Source: Candidatus Woesearchaeota archaeon (GTDB taxonomy: Archaea; Nanobdellota; Nanobdellia; Pacearchaeales; GW2011-AR1). Taken from it: DNA of 60,924 nt. How positions within the stretch are numbered: the stretch's first letter is position 1; each line of letters starts with the position of its first letter. The notes beneath the pieces were generated by a model that was not told the DNA's origin, did not search any database, and saw only the letters and a list, made by a program, of their open reading frames with translations. The translations under genes and the position numbers were made by a program. Shown in pieces: positions 20,110 through 27,789 of this stretch. The DNA lies in NCBI GenBank assembly GCA_964437555.1, contig CAYTHI010000004.1, positions 1-60,924 of the forward strand, in the 5' to 3' direction.

Positions 20110-20199
20110 TGCGCGATACGGGAATCGAACCCGTGACCTCTGGTCTTTTCAATGTCTTCATTTTGGAAACCAGATGTTATGCCATTTAACTAATCGCGC
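20110..20199 (-). tRNA. tRNA-Gly(UCC) with a 19-nt intron at the canonical 37/38 position
   Basis: Manual fold: acceptor GCGCGAT/ATCGCGC, D stem GTTA/TAAC, anticodon stem TCTGG/CCAGA, T arm ACGGG-TTCGATT-CCCGT. The intron (plus strand 20145-20163) sits in a perfect helix-bulge-helix-bulge-helix: TTTC/GAAA central helix with 3-nt bulges CAA and AGA. Confidence 0.75.
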
Positions 20200-20241
20200 T
20201 CAAGATAGCTATCAATATGGCTTTTTTAAAACTTATGAAAA

Positions 20242-20316
20242 CGCCCTCGCCAGGATTTGAACCTGGGACCTTCACATTAGGAGTGTGTTGCGCTATCCGG
20301 GCTGCGCCACGAGGGC
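20242..20316 (-). tRNA. tRNA-Arg(CCU)
   Basis: Manual fold: acceptor GCCCTCG/CGAGGGC, D arm GCGC-AGCCCGGATA-GCGC, anticodon loop CTCCTAA, T arm CCAGG-TTCAAAT-CCTGG. Confidence 0.85.
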
Positions 20317-20323
20317 ATATAAA

Positions 20324-20407
20324 TGCAGGAGGGAGGATTCGAACCTCCGAATCCACTAAGGAAACAGCTCTTGAGGCTGTCGCGTTTGACCACTTCGCTA
20401 CCCCTGC
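20324..20407 (-). tRNA. tRNA-Leu(CAA), class II (long variable arm)
   Basis: Manual fold: acceptor GCAGGGG/CTCCTGC (one G-U pair), anticodon stem ACAGC/GCTGT, loop CTCAAGA, long variable arm, T arm GGAGG-TTCGAAT-CCTCC. Confidence 0.85.
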
Positions 20408-20433
20408 ACTAAAAAATTAGCTTAAAAGCAGTT

Positions 20434-20973
20434 TTAAAGTTTTGCTAATATAAGTTTTAGCATCTCTTCCGAATTTAACGCGGAAGTGTCTATGATTAAA
20501 TTATAATTGCCCTTTTCCCTGAAATCGTAATTTTTTCCGAAAAGCTTTTTTCCCCAGAATAATTCATCTGCTTCTCTCTGTGCTAATATTTGTTTGATTT
20601 GTTGCATTGATTTTGATTTGTATTTGGATAAAGCGGCAGCTCTCTTAGCTCTTGTGTCTAAATCAGCATTAAGAAATATGAAAAGTGCCGGCAGGCCTTT
20701 GCAGCAAACAGCATACCTAAACTCTCCAATCACTTTACCCTCGCCAATGGCTTTTCTTGCCTTTTCATTTACTTCTGCCTGCTCTTTTTCCCCTAAATTT
20801 TTCCAATACTCTTCAAAAGAAAGCTCATTTTTAGGATAAATTGCACGATGCTTTTCCCTCCATAACTCTCCTATAGAAAAAACTTTCCAGCCTAGCTGTT
20901 TAGACAATTCCTGTGATAATAAATTCTTTCCTGAACCAGGCAGGCCTGAAATAACAATGCTTTTATATTTCAT
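20434..20973 (-). CDS. cmk: Cytidylate kinase, archaeal type (P-loop NMP kinase)
   Basis: P-loop ISGLPGSGKN. 179 aa, with archaeal-cmk-like layout and a neighbourhood of translation genes. An adenylate-kinase-like alternative cannot be excluded. Confidence 0.6.
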   Translation of the reverse strand: MKYKSIVISGLPGSGKNLLSQELSKQLGWKVFSIGELWREKHRAIYPKNELSFEEYWKNLGEKEQAEVNEKARKAIGEGKVIGEFRYAVCCKGLPALFIFLNADLDTRAKRAAALSKYKSKSMQQIKQILAQREADELFWGKKLFGKNYDFREKGNYNLIIDTSALNSEEMLKLILAKL

Positions 20974-21021
20974 TTTGATAAAGAGAGAAAGGTTTTTAAA
21001 TAGGTTTCCAGAGCTATTTCA

Positions 21022-21135
21022 GAAGACGGTCATAGCGGTGAGGAAATACCTGTTCCCTTTCCGAACACAGAAGTCAAGCTTGCCGCGTCCTGTGCGTTAG
21101 TCTCCAACAAGAGGCGAAACACGGATGCTGTCTTC
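21022..21135 (+). rRNA. 5S ribosomal RNA (stand-alone)
   Basis: Contains the conserved CCGAACACAGAAGTCAAGC loop C/helix III region. Terminal helix GAAGACGG/CTGTCTTC. TTTTTAAATA TATA-like box about 25 nt upstream and a T-rich tract immediately downstream. Confidence 0.85.
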
Positions 21136-21167
21136 GTTTATTTTTTATACTCTATTTTCTGTGTTTT

Positions 21168-21428
21168 ATGATGAAAAGAGAATTATCAAAAACTGATTCT
21201 GAGAGATTAATAAACAATTATTTCTCCTTGGATAAGCTGGACAGAGACAAGACAAGAAAAATTAAAAGACTGGCGATGAAGTATAATATCGAGCTTTCAG
21301 GATACAGAAAAAGATTCTGCAAGAAATGCCTTGCTGACTTGAAAAACGGAAAAGTCAGGATAACCAAAACTCATAAAATAATGGGGTGCCAAGAATGCGG
21401 ACATATTAGCAAGATAAGAATTAATTAA
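21168..21428 (+). CDS. rnp4: RNase P protein component 4 (Rpp21/Rpr2 family)
   Basis: Basic N-terminal helices, then a zinc ribbon FCKKC...x...CQECGH, matching archaeal Rpp21 as recalled from Pyrococcus. Confidence 0.75.
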   Translation: MMKRELSKTDSERLINNYFSLDKLDRDKTRKIKRLAMKYNIELSGYRKRFCKKCLADLKNGKVRITKTHKIMGCQECGHISKIRIN

Positions 21429-21434
21429 AAATAA

Positions 21435-21632
21435 TCAGCTCTTCTTGAACTTTGTAATCTCCGGCAACAAGTCTGCCTGGCCTAAGAAAACAGCCCTGCA
21501 GCAATATCTGTTAACGCCGAGATCCTCTAAGACTCTCACTGGTTTTTCTCCAGCTTCTGTTCTTTTAATGTACTCTTCCCATAAGTGAGCTAAAGGCTTT
21601 CCGCATGAAAAACATCTAATCGGAATTATCAT
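21435..21632 (-). CDS. rpoN: DNA-directed RNA polymerase subunit N (Rpo10/RPB10)
   Basis: MIIPIRCFSCGKPLAHLWEEY ... RYCCR, the diagnostic Rpb10 zinc-bundle sequence. 65 aa. Confidence 0.95.
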   Translation of the reverse strand: MIIPIRCFSCGKPLAHLWEEYIKRTEAGEKPVRVLEDLGVNRYCCRAVFLGQADLLPEITKFKKS

Positions 21633-21726
21633 AAGTGTTAGCCGAAACCGCTGTTTTTAAAGATTACTATTTCATCAAAGACTAAATCTTTATAAACGAA
21701 GAATAATTTAAAGAGGTCGAAAAAAA

Positions 21727-21906
21727 ATGGTGAAGAAATGCGGGTTTTGCAAGAGTTCTATCCCGGACGATAAAGCTTTTGAAGTATGTGATAGGTGCGG
21801 CTTTGGGATATGGGGTGAGAAAATGTTTAGCGCAATAAAAGGCAATATGGAAAGTGCAAAAGACAAGGGTGACTTGTATCAGGGGTCAATCAGTTCTAAT
21901 GATTAG
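21727..21906 (+). CDS. Small zinc-ribbon protein (59 aa, below the ORF-track cut-off)
   Basis: ATG 21727 to TAG 21906 translates to MVKKCGFCKSSIPDDKAFEVCDRCGFGIWGEKMF..., with a CxxC-x11-CxxC motif. It fills an otherwise empty 300-nt gap. Confidence 0.5.
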   Translation: MVKKCGFCKSSIPDDKAFEVCDRCGFGIWGEKMFSAIKGNMESAKDKGDLYQGSISSND

Positions 21907-21941
21907 CAAAGCTTTTTAAAGTAATATTTTCAACTAAATTT

Positions 21942-22205
21942 ATGTTAAAGAGAAAAAGAATAAAGGAACGCGGAAAAATCTCCTTTTCCAGATTTTTCCA
22001 GATTTTTAAAGAAGGGGATTACGTAGCTGTGACTAGAGACCTTGGAGTTAGTGCGGGATTCCCAAAAAAGATACAGGGAAGAACTGGCAGAGTGCTATCA
22101 AAAAGAGGAGAGGCTTATGTTGTGGAGATTAAAGACCTGGATTCTCCAAAGAAATATATAATAAGGCCTGTGCATCTTAAAGGAATAGAGGTGGCCCCAA
22201 AATGA
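21942..22205 (+). CDS. rpl21e: 50S ribosomal protein L21e
   Basis: FKEGDYVAV...P...GRTGRV...RG.AY.V SH3-like pattern of eL21. Conserved L21e-RpoF-DUF655 gene order. Confidence 0.9.
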   Translation: MLKRKRIKERGKISFSRFFQIFKEGDYVAVTRDLGVSAGFPKKIQGRTGRVLSKRGEAYVVEIKDLDSPKKYIIRPVHLKGIEVAPK

Positions 22206-22501
22206 GAATTATAAACTTAACCCCAGTAAGCATGGCGAGTGTCAAAGATATTTGCAATCTTGATGAAAAAAAGAATCTTTCAGACTATTTGAAAAGGTTT
22301 CTAAAACTGAAAAAGGCAGACTCTGAAAAGCTGCAACATGAGATAAATGCGTTAAATAATGTGAAAATCAAAGACGAACATATCGTAAAGATTTCTGACT
22401 TCCTCCCAAGAGACAAAGATGAGTTGAACAAAATTTTTAATGATGTTTCGCTTGATGAGAAGGAGATAAATGATATTCTGGAGATTGTTAAGAAATACTG
22501 A
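22202..22501 (+). CDS. rpoF: RNA polymerase subunit F (Rpo4/RPB4)
   Basis: 99-aa helical protein with an ...ISDFLPRDKDELNKIF...ILEIVKKY pattern resembling M. jannaschii RpoF. Conserved position after rpl21e. Confidence 0.65.
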   Translation: MRIINLTPVSMASVKDICNLDEKKNLSDYLKRFLKLKKADSEKLQHEINALNNVKIKDEHIVKISDFLPRDKDELNKIFNDVSLDEKEINDILEIVKKY

Positions 22502-22503
22502 AA

Positions 22504-23046
22504 ATGGGAAGAGAAAAAGACGAATACGCAATAGTCTTAGACTACTTGCCTTACGGGTATCCATTGGATGGGAAGATGAATTCTATAGTTCAGGCTATCG
22601 GAGAGCAGCATTTTTCAATGCTTCAGCTGGTTCCAAACAAAGGAACAACGTTTGTTCTCAATGAAAAAGTTTATATAGGGTCGGGTAAAAGAGATAAGAT
22701 ATACTTTATTCTTGGAAAACTTCCGAAGGATAAGGTTACAGAGACTGCTAAGATCCAATTACAAAAGTTCATAGAAAAAGTAGTTGCGGAGCAGGAGAAG
22801 AAATTCGTAGATTTCTTTAATTCTGCCCAGGCAATCAATACGAGATTGCATCAGCTCGAACTTTTGCCAGGCTTTGGCAAAAAGCATACGCAGGAGATTA
22901 TAGCATTGAGAGAAGAGAAGCTCTTTGAGAGTTTTGAAGATATAAGAAACAGAGTCAAAGGACTTCCTGACCCGCAAAAAGTCATCGAAAAAAGGCTTTG
23001 GGAAGAAATCACGGAAGACCCGAGGCAGATACTGTTTGTAAGATAA
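22504..23046 (+). CDS. DUF655/COG1491 OB-fold plus helix-hairpin-helix nucleic-acid-binding protein
   Basis: The DEYAIVLDYLPYGYP N-terminus and C-terminal HhH-like LELLPGFGKK are typical of COG1491. Conserved position after rpoF. Confidence 0.75.
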   Translation: MGREKDEYAIVLDYLPYGYPLDGKMNSIVQAIGEQHFSMLQLVPNKGTTFVLNEKVYIGSGKRDKIYFILGKLPKDKVTETAKIQLQKFIEKVVAEQEKKFVDFFNSAQAINTRLHQLELLPGFGKKHTQEIIALREEKLFESFEDIRNRVKGLPDPQKVIEKRLWEEITEDPRQILFVR

Positions 23047-23047
23047 A

Positions 23048-23524
23048 ATGACAGAAAATAGAAAGGCGCCGCATCAGGAAGAAAAAAAAGAAACCTTAAT
23101 CAGAATTCTAAATTATGACCTCCCGGGAGAAAAAAATTTATATTCGGCGCTTACCCAAATAAAAGGTGTTTCGTGGGTTATCTCTAACGCTGTTTGCATA
23201 AATATTGGAATTGACAGAAATACAAAGTTGGGGGAGATTAAGCAGGAATATCTAAAAAAGATAGAGGTGCTGCTAAAGAAATTGGAAGTTTATGATTATC
23301 TGAAAAATAGAAGAAGCGACTTAGAAAGCGGGGAAACTAAGCATCTGTTAGGAACAGACTTAGACCTTGCAAAAGAATTTGATATTAAAAGGATGAAAAA
23401 AATAAAAAGTTACAAAGGAGCAAGGCACACTCTCGGGCAACCCGTAAGAGGGCAAAGAACAAGAAGCCATTTCAGAAAAGTAGGAATAGCTGTGGGAGTA
23501 AGCAAGAAAAAAGCCAAAGAATAA
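23048..23524 (+). CDS. rps13: 30S ribosomal protein S13 (uS13)
   Basis: RILNYDLPGEK...L..IKGV and C-terminal GQRTRSH pattern. First gene of the S13-S4-S11-RpoD operon. Confidence 0.92.
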   Translation: MTENRKAPHQEEKKETLIRILNYDLPGEKNLYSALTQIKGVSWVISNAVCINIGIDRNTKLGEIKQEYLKKIEVLLKKLEVYDYLKNRRSDLESGETKHLLGTDLDLAKEFDIKRMKKIKSYKGARHTLGQPVRGQRTRSHFRKVGIAVGVSKKKAKE

Positions 23525-23526
23525 AG

Positions 23527-24027
23527 ATGTTAAGAAAACACAAACGATTTCAGAAACCAAGAAAAGCATATGACCGAACAAGAATGGGTGAAGAAAATGT
23601 GCTTGTCTCAAAATATGGCTTAAAAAACAAAAGGGAAATATGGAAAACAGAAGCAAAGGTAAAATATTTCAGAAGCAGGGCGAAAGCGCTTATAACCTCT
23701 GACGGAGAAACTCAAAAGAAATTTTTTGACAAGCTGAATGAAATCGGCCTGGGGGTTAGCTCTATCTCTGATGTATTAGCTTTGAATAAAGAGAATTTGC
23801 TCAAAAGAAGGCTTTCGAGTATAGTGGTAAAGAAAAAAATCTCTAATACCGCGAAACAGGGACGGCAGATGATTGTGCATAAAAGAATTTTAGTCGGGGG
23901 CAAAAAGATAAATTCTCCAAGCTATCTTGTGAAGATTGATGAGGAAGATGATATTAAGCTGAAAGAAAAAGGGGCAAAACAGGTTTCGGAAAAAATGAAG
24001 GCAGGAACGGAAACAAATGCAGGATAA
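23527..24027 (+). CDS. rps4: 30S ribosomal protein S4 (uS4)
   Basis: KYGLKNKREIWK and the S4 RNA-binding domain (RRLSSIVV...Q.RQMIVHK.I.V.GK). Operon position. Confidence 0.92.
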   Translation: MLRKHKRFQKPRKAYDRTRMGEENVLVSKYGLKNKREIWKTEAKVKYFRSRAKALITSDGETQKKFFDKLNEIGLGVSSISDVLALNKENLLKRRLSSIVVKKKISNTAKQGRQMIVHKRILVGGKKINSPSYLVKIDEEDDIKLKEKGAKQVSEKMKAGTETNAG

Positions 24028-24463
24028 GATGCCGAATAGTGAAGCGGAAGAGACCAAAGTTGAGGATGAAAGCGATAAAAGATTGAAGGACGAAAAAGTA
24101 GGAATTGCTTATGTCTTCAGCTCATATAATAATACTTTGGTGCATATTACTGATTTGGCTGGTAATACTATTTCCAGAATAAGCGGAGGAATGGTAACAA
24201 AGCACAGCCGACTGAAAGCAAACCCTACAACTGCAATGTTCGTTGCGAAAAGAGCCGCAGAAAGAGCAAGGGATTTGGGAATTACAGGATTATATGTCAG
24301 AGTGAAGGCGAAGACAGGCAATCCGGGACCAGGACCAGGCGGACACGAAGCTGTAAAAACTTTGGGAAAGGAAGGATTCAGAATAATAAGCGTGATAGAT
24401 ACTACTAAATATCCTCGTGGGGGGCCTAAGAAGAAAGGAGGCAAGAGAGGAAGAAGAGTTTAA
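24017..24463 (+). CDS. rps11: 30S ribosomal protein S11 (uS11)
   Basis: GIAYVFSSYNNTLVHITD..GN and GPGPGG...A..L blocks are characteristic of uS11. Confidence 0.92.
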   Translation: MQDKMPNSEAEETKVEDESDKRLKDEKVGIAYVFSSYNNTLVHITDLAGNTISRISGGMVTKHSRLKANPTTAMFVAKRAAERARDLGITGLYVRVKAKTGNPGPGPGGHEAVKTLGKEGFRIISVIDTTKYPRGGPKKKGGKRGRRV

Positions 24464-24488
24464 AAGGAAACTTTTCATAAAAATTAAG

Positions 24489-25187
24489 ATGGAAATAATA
24501 TTGAACAAAGATAATAACCTGATGATACGGATGGATGCAAATTATACCCTCGCTAATGCTCTAAGAAGAAGCGCGGATGAAATACCTACTCTTGCAGTTG
24601 ACGAAGTTGAGATCTTCAAGAATGATTCTGCATTATATGATGAAACTCTTGCACACAGAATAGGATTAGTGCCTTTAAAGACTGACAAGAAAATGGGTGA
24701 AAAGACCAGCATCCAGCTCAAGCTCGTCAAAAGTAGCCCAGGATGGGTTTATTCGGGAGATCTTAAAGGAAATAAAGTAGTCTATGATAAGATGCCTCTG
24801 ACTCTTTTAGAAAAAGGGCAGGAAATAGAACTTGTTGCAACTGCCAAGCTCGGAAAAGGCAGTGAGCATTCAAAGCACAGTCCGGGACTTATATATTACA
24901 AAGACCTTTATGAGATTAAATCCTCAAAGCAAGATGTAGAAAAGATAATAGAAAACTCAAAGGGATTAATAAAGCCAGAAAAAAAAGGAACTGGCTGGGT
25001 ATGTGATTTAAATGATTCAGAACTTGAAGAAATACAGGAAAAGGACAAAGAAGCTGTGAAAGAAAGCGGCGAGATTATTCTTGTTGTTGAGTCTTGGGGC
25101 AATTTCAGTGCAGAAGACTTGCTTCTTAACGCAATAGAGGCATTGAGCGAGAATCTTACTGAGTTTGAGAAATCAGTAAAATCTTGA
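24489..25187 (+). CDS. rpoD: DNA-directed RNA polymerase subunit D (Rpo3/RPB3)
   Basis: ANALRR...P..A....E...N.S...DE.LAHRIGL.PL is the Rpb3/alpha-like dimerisation motif. ATG 24489 is preferred over the ORF-track start 24417, which overlaps rps11. Confidence 0.88.
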   Translation: MEIILNKDNNLMIRMDANYTLANALRRSADEIPTLAVDEVEIFKNDSALYDETLAHRIGLVPLKTDKKMGEKTSIQLKLVKSSPGWVYSGDLKGNKVVYDKMPLTLLEKGQEIELVATAKLGKGSEHSKHSPGLIYYKDLYEIKSSKQDVEKIIENSKGLIKPEKKGTGWVCDLNDSELEEIQEKDKEAVKESGEIILVVESWGNFSAEDLLLNAIEALSENLTEFEKSVKS

Positions 25188-25271
25188 GCGGGGATGCCGG
25201 AGTGGTCAAACGGACCACGTTAAGGCCGTGGTGGCTTAGTGCCTGCGAAGGTTCGAATCCTTCTCTCCGCA
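25188..25271 (+). tRNA. tRNA-Leu, class II; the anticodon reads AAG in my manual fold
   Basis: Acceptor GCGGGGA/TCTCCGC, D arm CCG-GAGTGGTCAAA-CGG, anticodon stem CCACG/CGTGG with loop TTAAGGC, long variable arm, T arm GAAGG-TTCGAAT-CCTTC. Sits between rpoD and rpl18e. Confidence 0.8.
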
Positions 25272-25272
25272 T

Positions 25273-25653
25273 ATGAAAGAAAAAATGAAAAGCAAAACAG
25301 AAATCAAGAAAAGAATAGAGAACAAGACAAATCCAGAGCTAGTTGAAACTATAAGATTTGCTAATAAAAATAATTCCTGGAGAAAAGTAGTGCAGAAAAT
25401 TTCTGAAAGCAGAAGAAAAGCAAGAGGAATTAATCTGGAAGAGATAAATAAAAACTCCAAAGAAGGAGATACTATAGTCGTATGCAGCAAAATTTTAGGG
25501 GTGGGAAATCTTGAGAAGAGAATAAAAATATGCGCTTTGCATTTTTCAGAGAATGCAAGAAAAAAAATAAAGGAAAATAAAAGTGAAGCTGTAATTTTAA
25601 TAGATGAAATGAAGAAAAACCCTAAGGCAGAGGGGGTAAAAATTTTAGGATGA
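25273..25653 (+). CDS. rpl18e: 50S ribosomal protein L18e
   Basis: The NLEEINK...EGDTIVV..KILG.G.L...I.I.AL.FS..A..KI pattern is typical of L18e. Operon position before L13. Confidence 0.88.
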   Translation: MKEKMKSKTEIKKRIENKTNPELVETIRFANKNNSWRKVVQKISESRRKARGINLEEINKNSKEGDTIVVCSKILGVGNLEKRIKICALHFSENARKKIKENKSEAVILIDEMKKNPKAEGVKILG

Positions 25654-26051
25654 ATACAATGATAATAGATGCCGAAGGATCTCCGCTCGGAAGGGTTGCA
25701 AGCTATGCTGCAAAAAAAGCTCTCCTTGGAGAAAGCATAGTGATAGTTAATTGCAATGAAATTGTATTGATTGGCGATCCTGCTATGATACTCAAAAAAT
25801 ACAAAGAAGCCAAGGAAAGAGGAGGAGCAAGCCTGAAAGGCCCATTTTTCCCAAGATCTCCTGAGAAAATAATGAAGAGAACGATAAGAGGAATGCTATA
25901 TTATAAAAAAGGCAGAGGAAAGGACGGCTTTAAAAAAATTAAGTGTTATAATGACATTCCTGAAGAATATGAATCCAAGAAAAAGAAATTTTCAGAAAAA
26001 AAAGCCAGCAGGAAATCAATAAAGCTTGGAGAACTCTCAAAATTAATATGA
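25650..26051 (+). CDS. rpl13: 50S ribosomal protein L13 (uL13)
   Basis: IIDAEG..LGRVAS.AAK.AL.GE.I.IVN and RTIRGMLYYK blocks. 4-nt overlaps on both sides. Confidence 0.9.
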   Translation: MNTMIIDAEGSPLGRVASYAAKKALLGESIVIVNCNEIVLIGDPAMILKKYKEAKERGGASLKGPFFPRSPEKIMKRTIRGMLYYKKGRGKDGFKKIKCYNDIPEEYESKKKKFSEKKASRKSIKLGELSKLI

Positions 26052-26452
26052 ATAAAGTAATTATAGTCGGAGGAAAGAGAAAGACCGCTGTAGCCAAGGC
26101 TAAAATAAAAGAAGGAAAAGGAGTAATATCATATAACGGACTTCCATATGAAGGTCTTAAGATGTTTCACCGGCTGATTATTTCAGAGCCGCTTGGGATA
26201 TATAAGAGAACTATCGGGGATTTAAAATATGATATTGAAATTAGAACTTCCGGGGGCGGGATGGAAGGCCAAATTCAGGCAGCAAGGCTTGCCATCGCTA
26301 AGGCATTGGTGAAAGTCAGCGGTTCTGAAGAGCTTAAGAAAGCCATTGTTGCCTATGACAGAAACATGCTTGTCGCTGATATAAGAAGAAAAGAAACAAG
26401 AAAGCCCGGGGATTCCAAAGCGAGGGCGAGAAGACAGACTTCTTACAGATAA
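26048..26452 (+). CDS. rps9: 30S ribosomal protein S9 (uS9)
   Basis: GGKRKTAVA...G.G.I..NG and the C-terminal D.R.KE.RK.G...AR...Q.SYR ending diagnostic of uS9. Confidence 0.92.
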   Translation: MNKVIIVGGKRKTAVAKAKIKEGKGVISYNGLPYEGLKMFHRLIISEPLGIYKRTIGDLKYDIEIRTSGGGMEGQIQAARLAIAKALVKVSGSEELKKAIVAYDRNMLVADIRRKETRKPGDSKARARRQTSYR

Positions 26453-26455
26453 AAA

Positions 26456-27280
26456 TCAATTCATTTTTCTATTTAATAATTCATCTAAAGGATTTATAAT
26501 TTTCTTTATCTGCTCTGATGAAACGTGCGTGTATAGCTGGGTTGTGTTAAGCGATGCGTGACCTAAAAGAGATTGTATTATTCTTATATCCGTACCATTT
26601 TCAAGAAGATGCGTGGCAAAACTATGTCTTAAAGTATGAGGAGTTATCTTTTTCTGAATACCTGATTTAATTCTGGCGGTCTTAACTATTTTCTGTATAT
26701 TTCTCGTTGTAAGAGGATTATCTTTTGAAAAGAGATATAAGTTATCCTTTCTTTTTTTTAAAAAGTTATGCAGGTCTTCGGAAAGTGATTGCGATAAAAT
26801 GAACATCCTATCTTTTGAACCCTTTCCTGCTCTTGCCCAGCCGGTGCATTCCTCAAAGTTTATATCTGAAGGCTTTAGCTTGACTACTTCGGATACTCTC
26901 AATCCTGAAGAATAAAGCATGGACATAATTAATCTTGATTTGTTTGTTTCAGAAGAAGCTAAAAGCTTTTCTACTTCGTCTTTTGTTAAAACTTCCGGAA
27001 GCCTTCTTTCTTTTTTAGGTATTGTAATATCTCCTATTTCTTTTTTCAGTATGTTTTTATAATAGAATCTAATAGATGCCGAGGCAAGCATGATTGTATT
27101 TTTTGACTTGCTGTCAAAAAGTGAGGACAAATAAAGGCGCGCATCATCCTGGCTCAAGTCATCTGCATTTTTTTTGGCAAAGTCAAGAAATTTTGAGACA
27201 AAAAAGCAATAATTTCTAAGAGTCATCTGTGAAAATCCCCTCAAGCGAAGTTCGGTCCTGAGTTTTTCTAAACTTTCCAT
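26456..27280 (-). CDS. xerA: Tyrosine site-specific recombinase, XerA/XerC-like
   Basis: Catalytic signature GLRVSE (R), HTLRHSFATHL (HxxR) and LGHASLNTTQLYTHV (H...Y). 274 aa, the size of archaeal XerA. Confidence 0.8.
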   Translation of the reverse strand: MESLEKLRTELRLRGFSQMTLRNYCFFVSKFLDFAKKNADDLSQDDARLYLSSLFDSKSKNTIMLASASIRFYYKNILKKEIGDITIPKKERRLPEVLTKDEVEKLLASSETNKSRLIMSMLYSSGLRVSEVVKLKPSDINFEECTGWARAGKGSKDRMFILSQSLSEDLHNFLKKRKDNLYLFSKDNPLTTRNIQKIVKTARIKSGIQKKITPHTLRHSFATHLLENGTDIRIIQSLLGHASLNTTQLYTHVSSEQIKKIINPLDELLNRKMN

Positions 27281-27321
27281 GTTGCTCTTTTTTATGCTAA
27301 ACTTAACCTCTATTTAAGTAT

Positions 27322-27789
27322 TTATAGTTCATTATTGCATGCTATCAATTGTTTGCTTTCAGTAATGCATCCGTCAAGTGATATGATTAAATTTTCAGGA
27401 GCAGTGATAGCATTGAATTCTCTAAGATAGTAAGTTGCTGTAGAGCCAGAAGAAAGAATTTTACATGTCCCGCATGTGCTTCCGCATTCCCATTCTTCAT
27501 TAATATTGTCCTGTGTTAAAGAAAATTTGATTGAATTCAAAGAAGAGGAATCCAGACTTCTGTGGATAGAAATCTTAACCTCTCCTGATTGTGAATTGAA
27601 GCATACGCTCTCTATTTTTACTGGTTGAGATATCCTTAGCTCTGTGCAAGATATCTGGGGGGATAAATTTATGGCAGAATTTTTAACGTATCCTGCGAAA
27701 AATAAAGATATTGCTGAAATTACCATTAATATTATTATCATTATTGACACAACCTCAACCATTCCTTTTTTATTCATTAAATGTGACAT
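27322..27789 (-). CDS. Archaeal type IV pilin-like protein (class III signal peptide)
   Basis: N-terminus MNKKGMVEVVSIMIIILMVISAISLFFAGY: a basic stretch, a G at the putative cleavage site and a long hydrophobic helix. Cys-containing beta-rich C-terminus. Confidence 0.5.
   Translation of the reverse strand: MSHLMNKKGMVEVVSIMIIILMVISAISLFFAGYVKNSAINLSPQISCTELRISQPVKIESVCFNSQSGEVKISIHRSLDSSSLNSIKFSLTQDNINEEWECGSTCGTCKILSSGSTATYYLREFNAITAPENLIISLDGCITESKQLIACNNEL

Noticed and set aside
20110-20199. Reading the intron-containing tRNA as tRNA-Trp(CCA), the classic intron-bearing archaeal tRNA
   Set aside because: The CTGGT/ACCAG stem needed for a CCA anticodon leaves two nucleotides between the D and anticodon stems and destroys the BHB geometry. 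The UCC (Gly) fold satisfies both.
20217-20420. 67-aa plus-strand ORF in the ORF track
   Set aside because: It lies entirely over the two minus-strand tRNA genes (Arg-CCU, Leu-CAA). Its GC-rich peptide is just the antisense reading of the tRNA sequence.
26456-27280. Tyrosine recombinase as the integrase of the accessory island, or as an integron-type IntI
   Set aside because: It is 5 kb from the island edge and directly abuts the conserved r-protein operon. It has the compact XerA size with no extra IntI-type insertion that I can see, and no flanking repeats. It is most simply the chromosomal dimer-resolution XerA. I also could not identify a dif-like site nearby.
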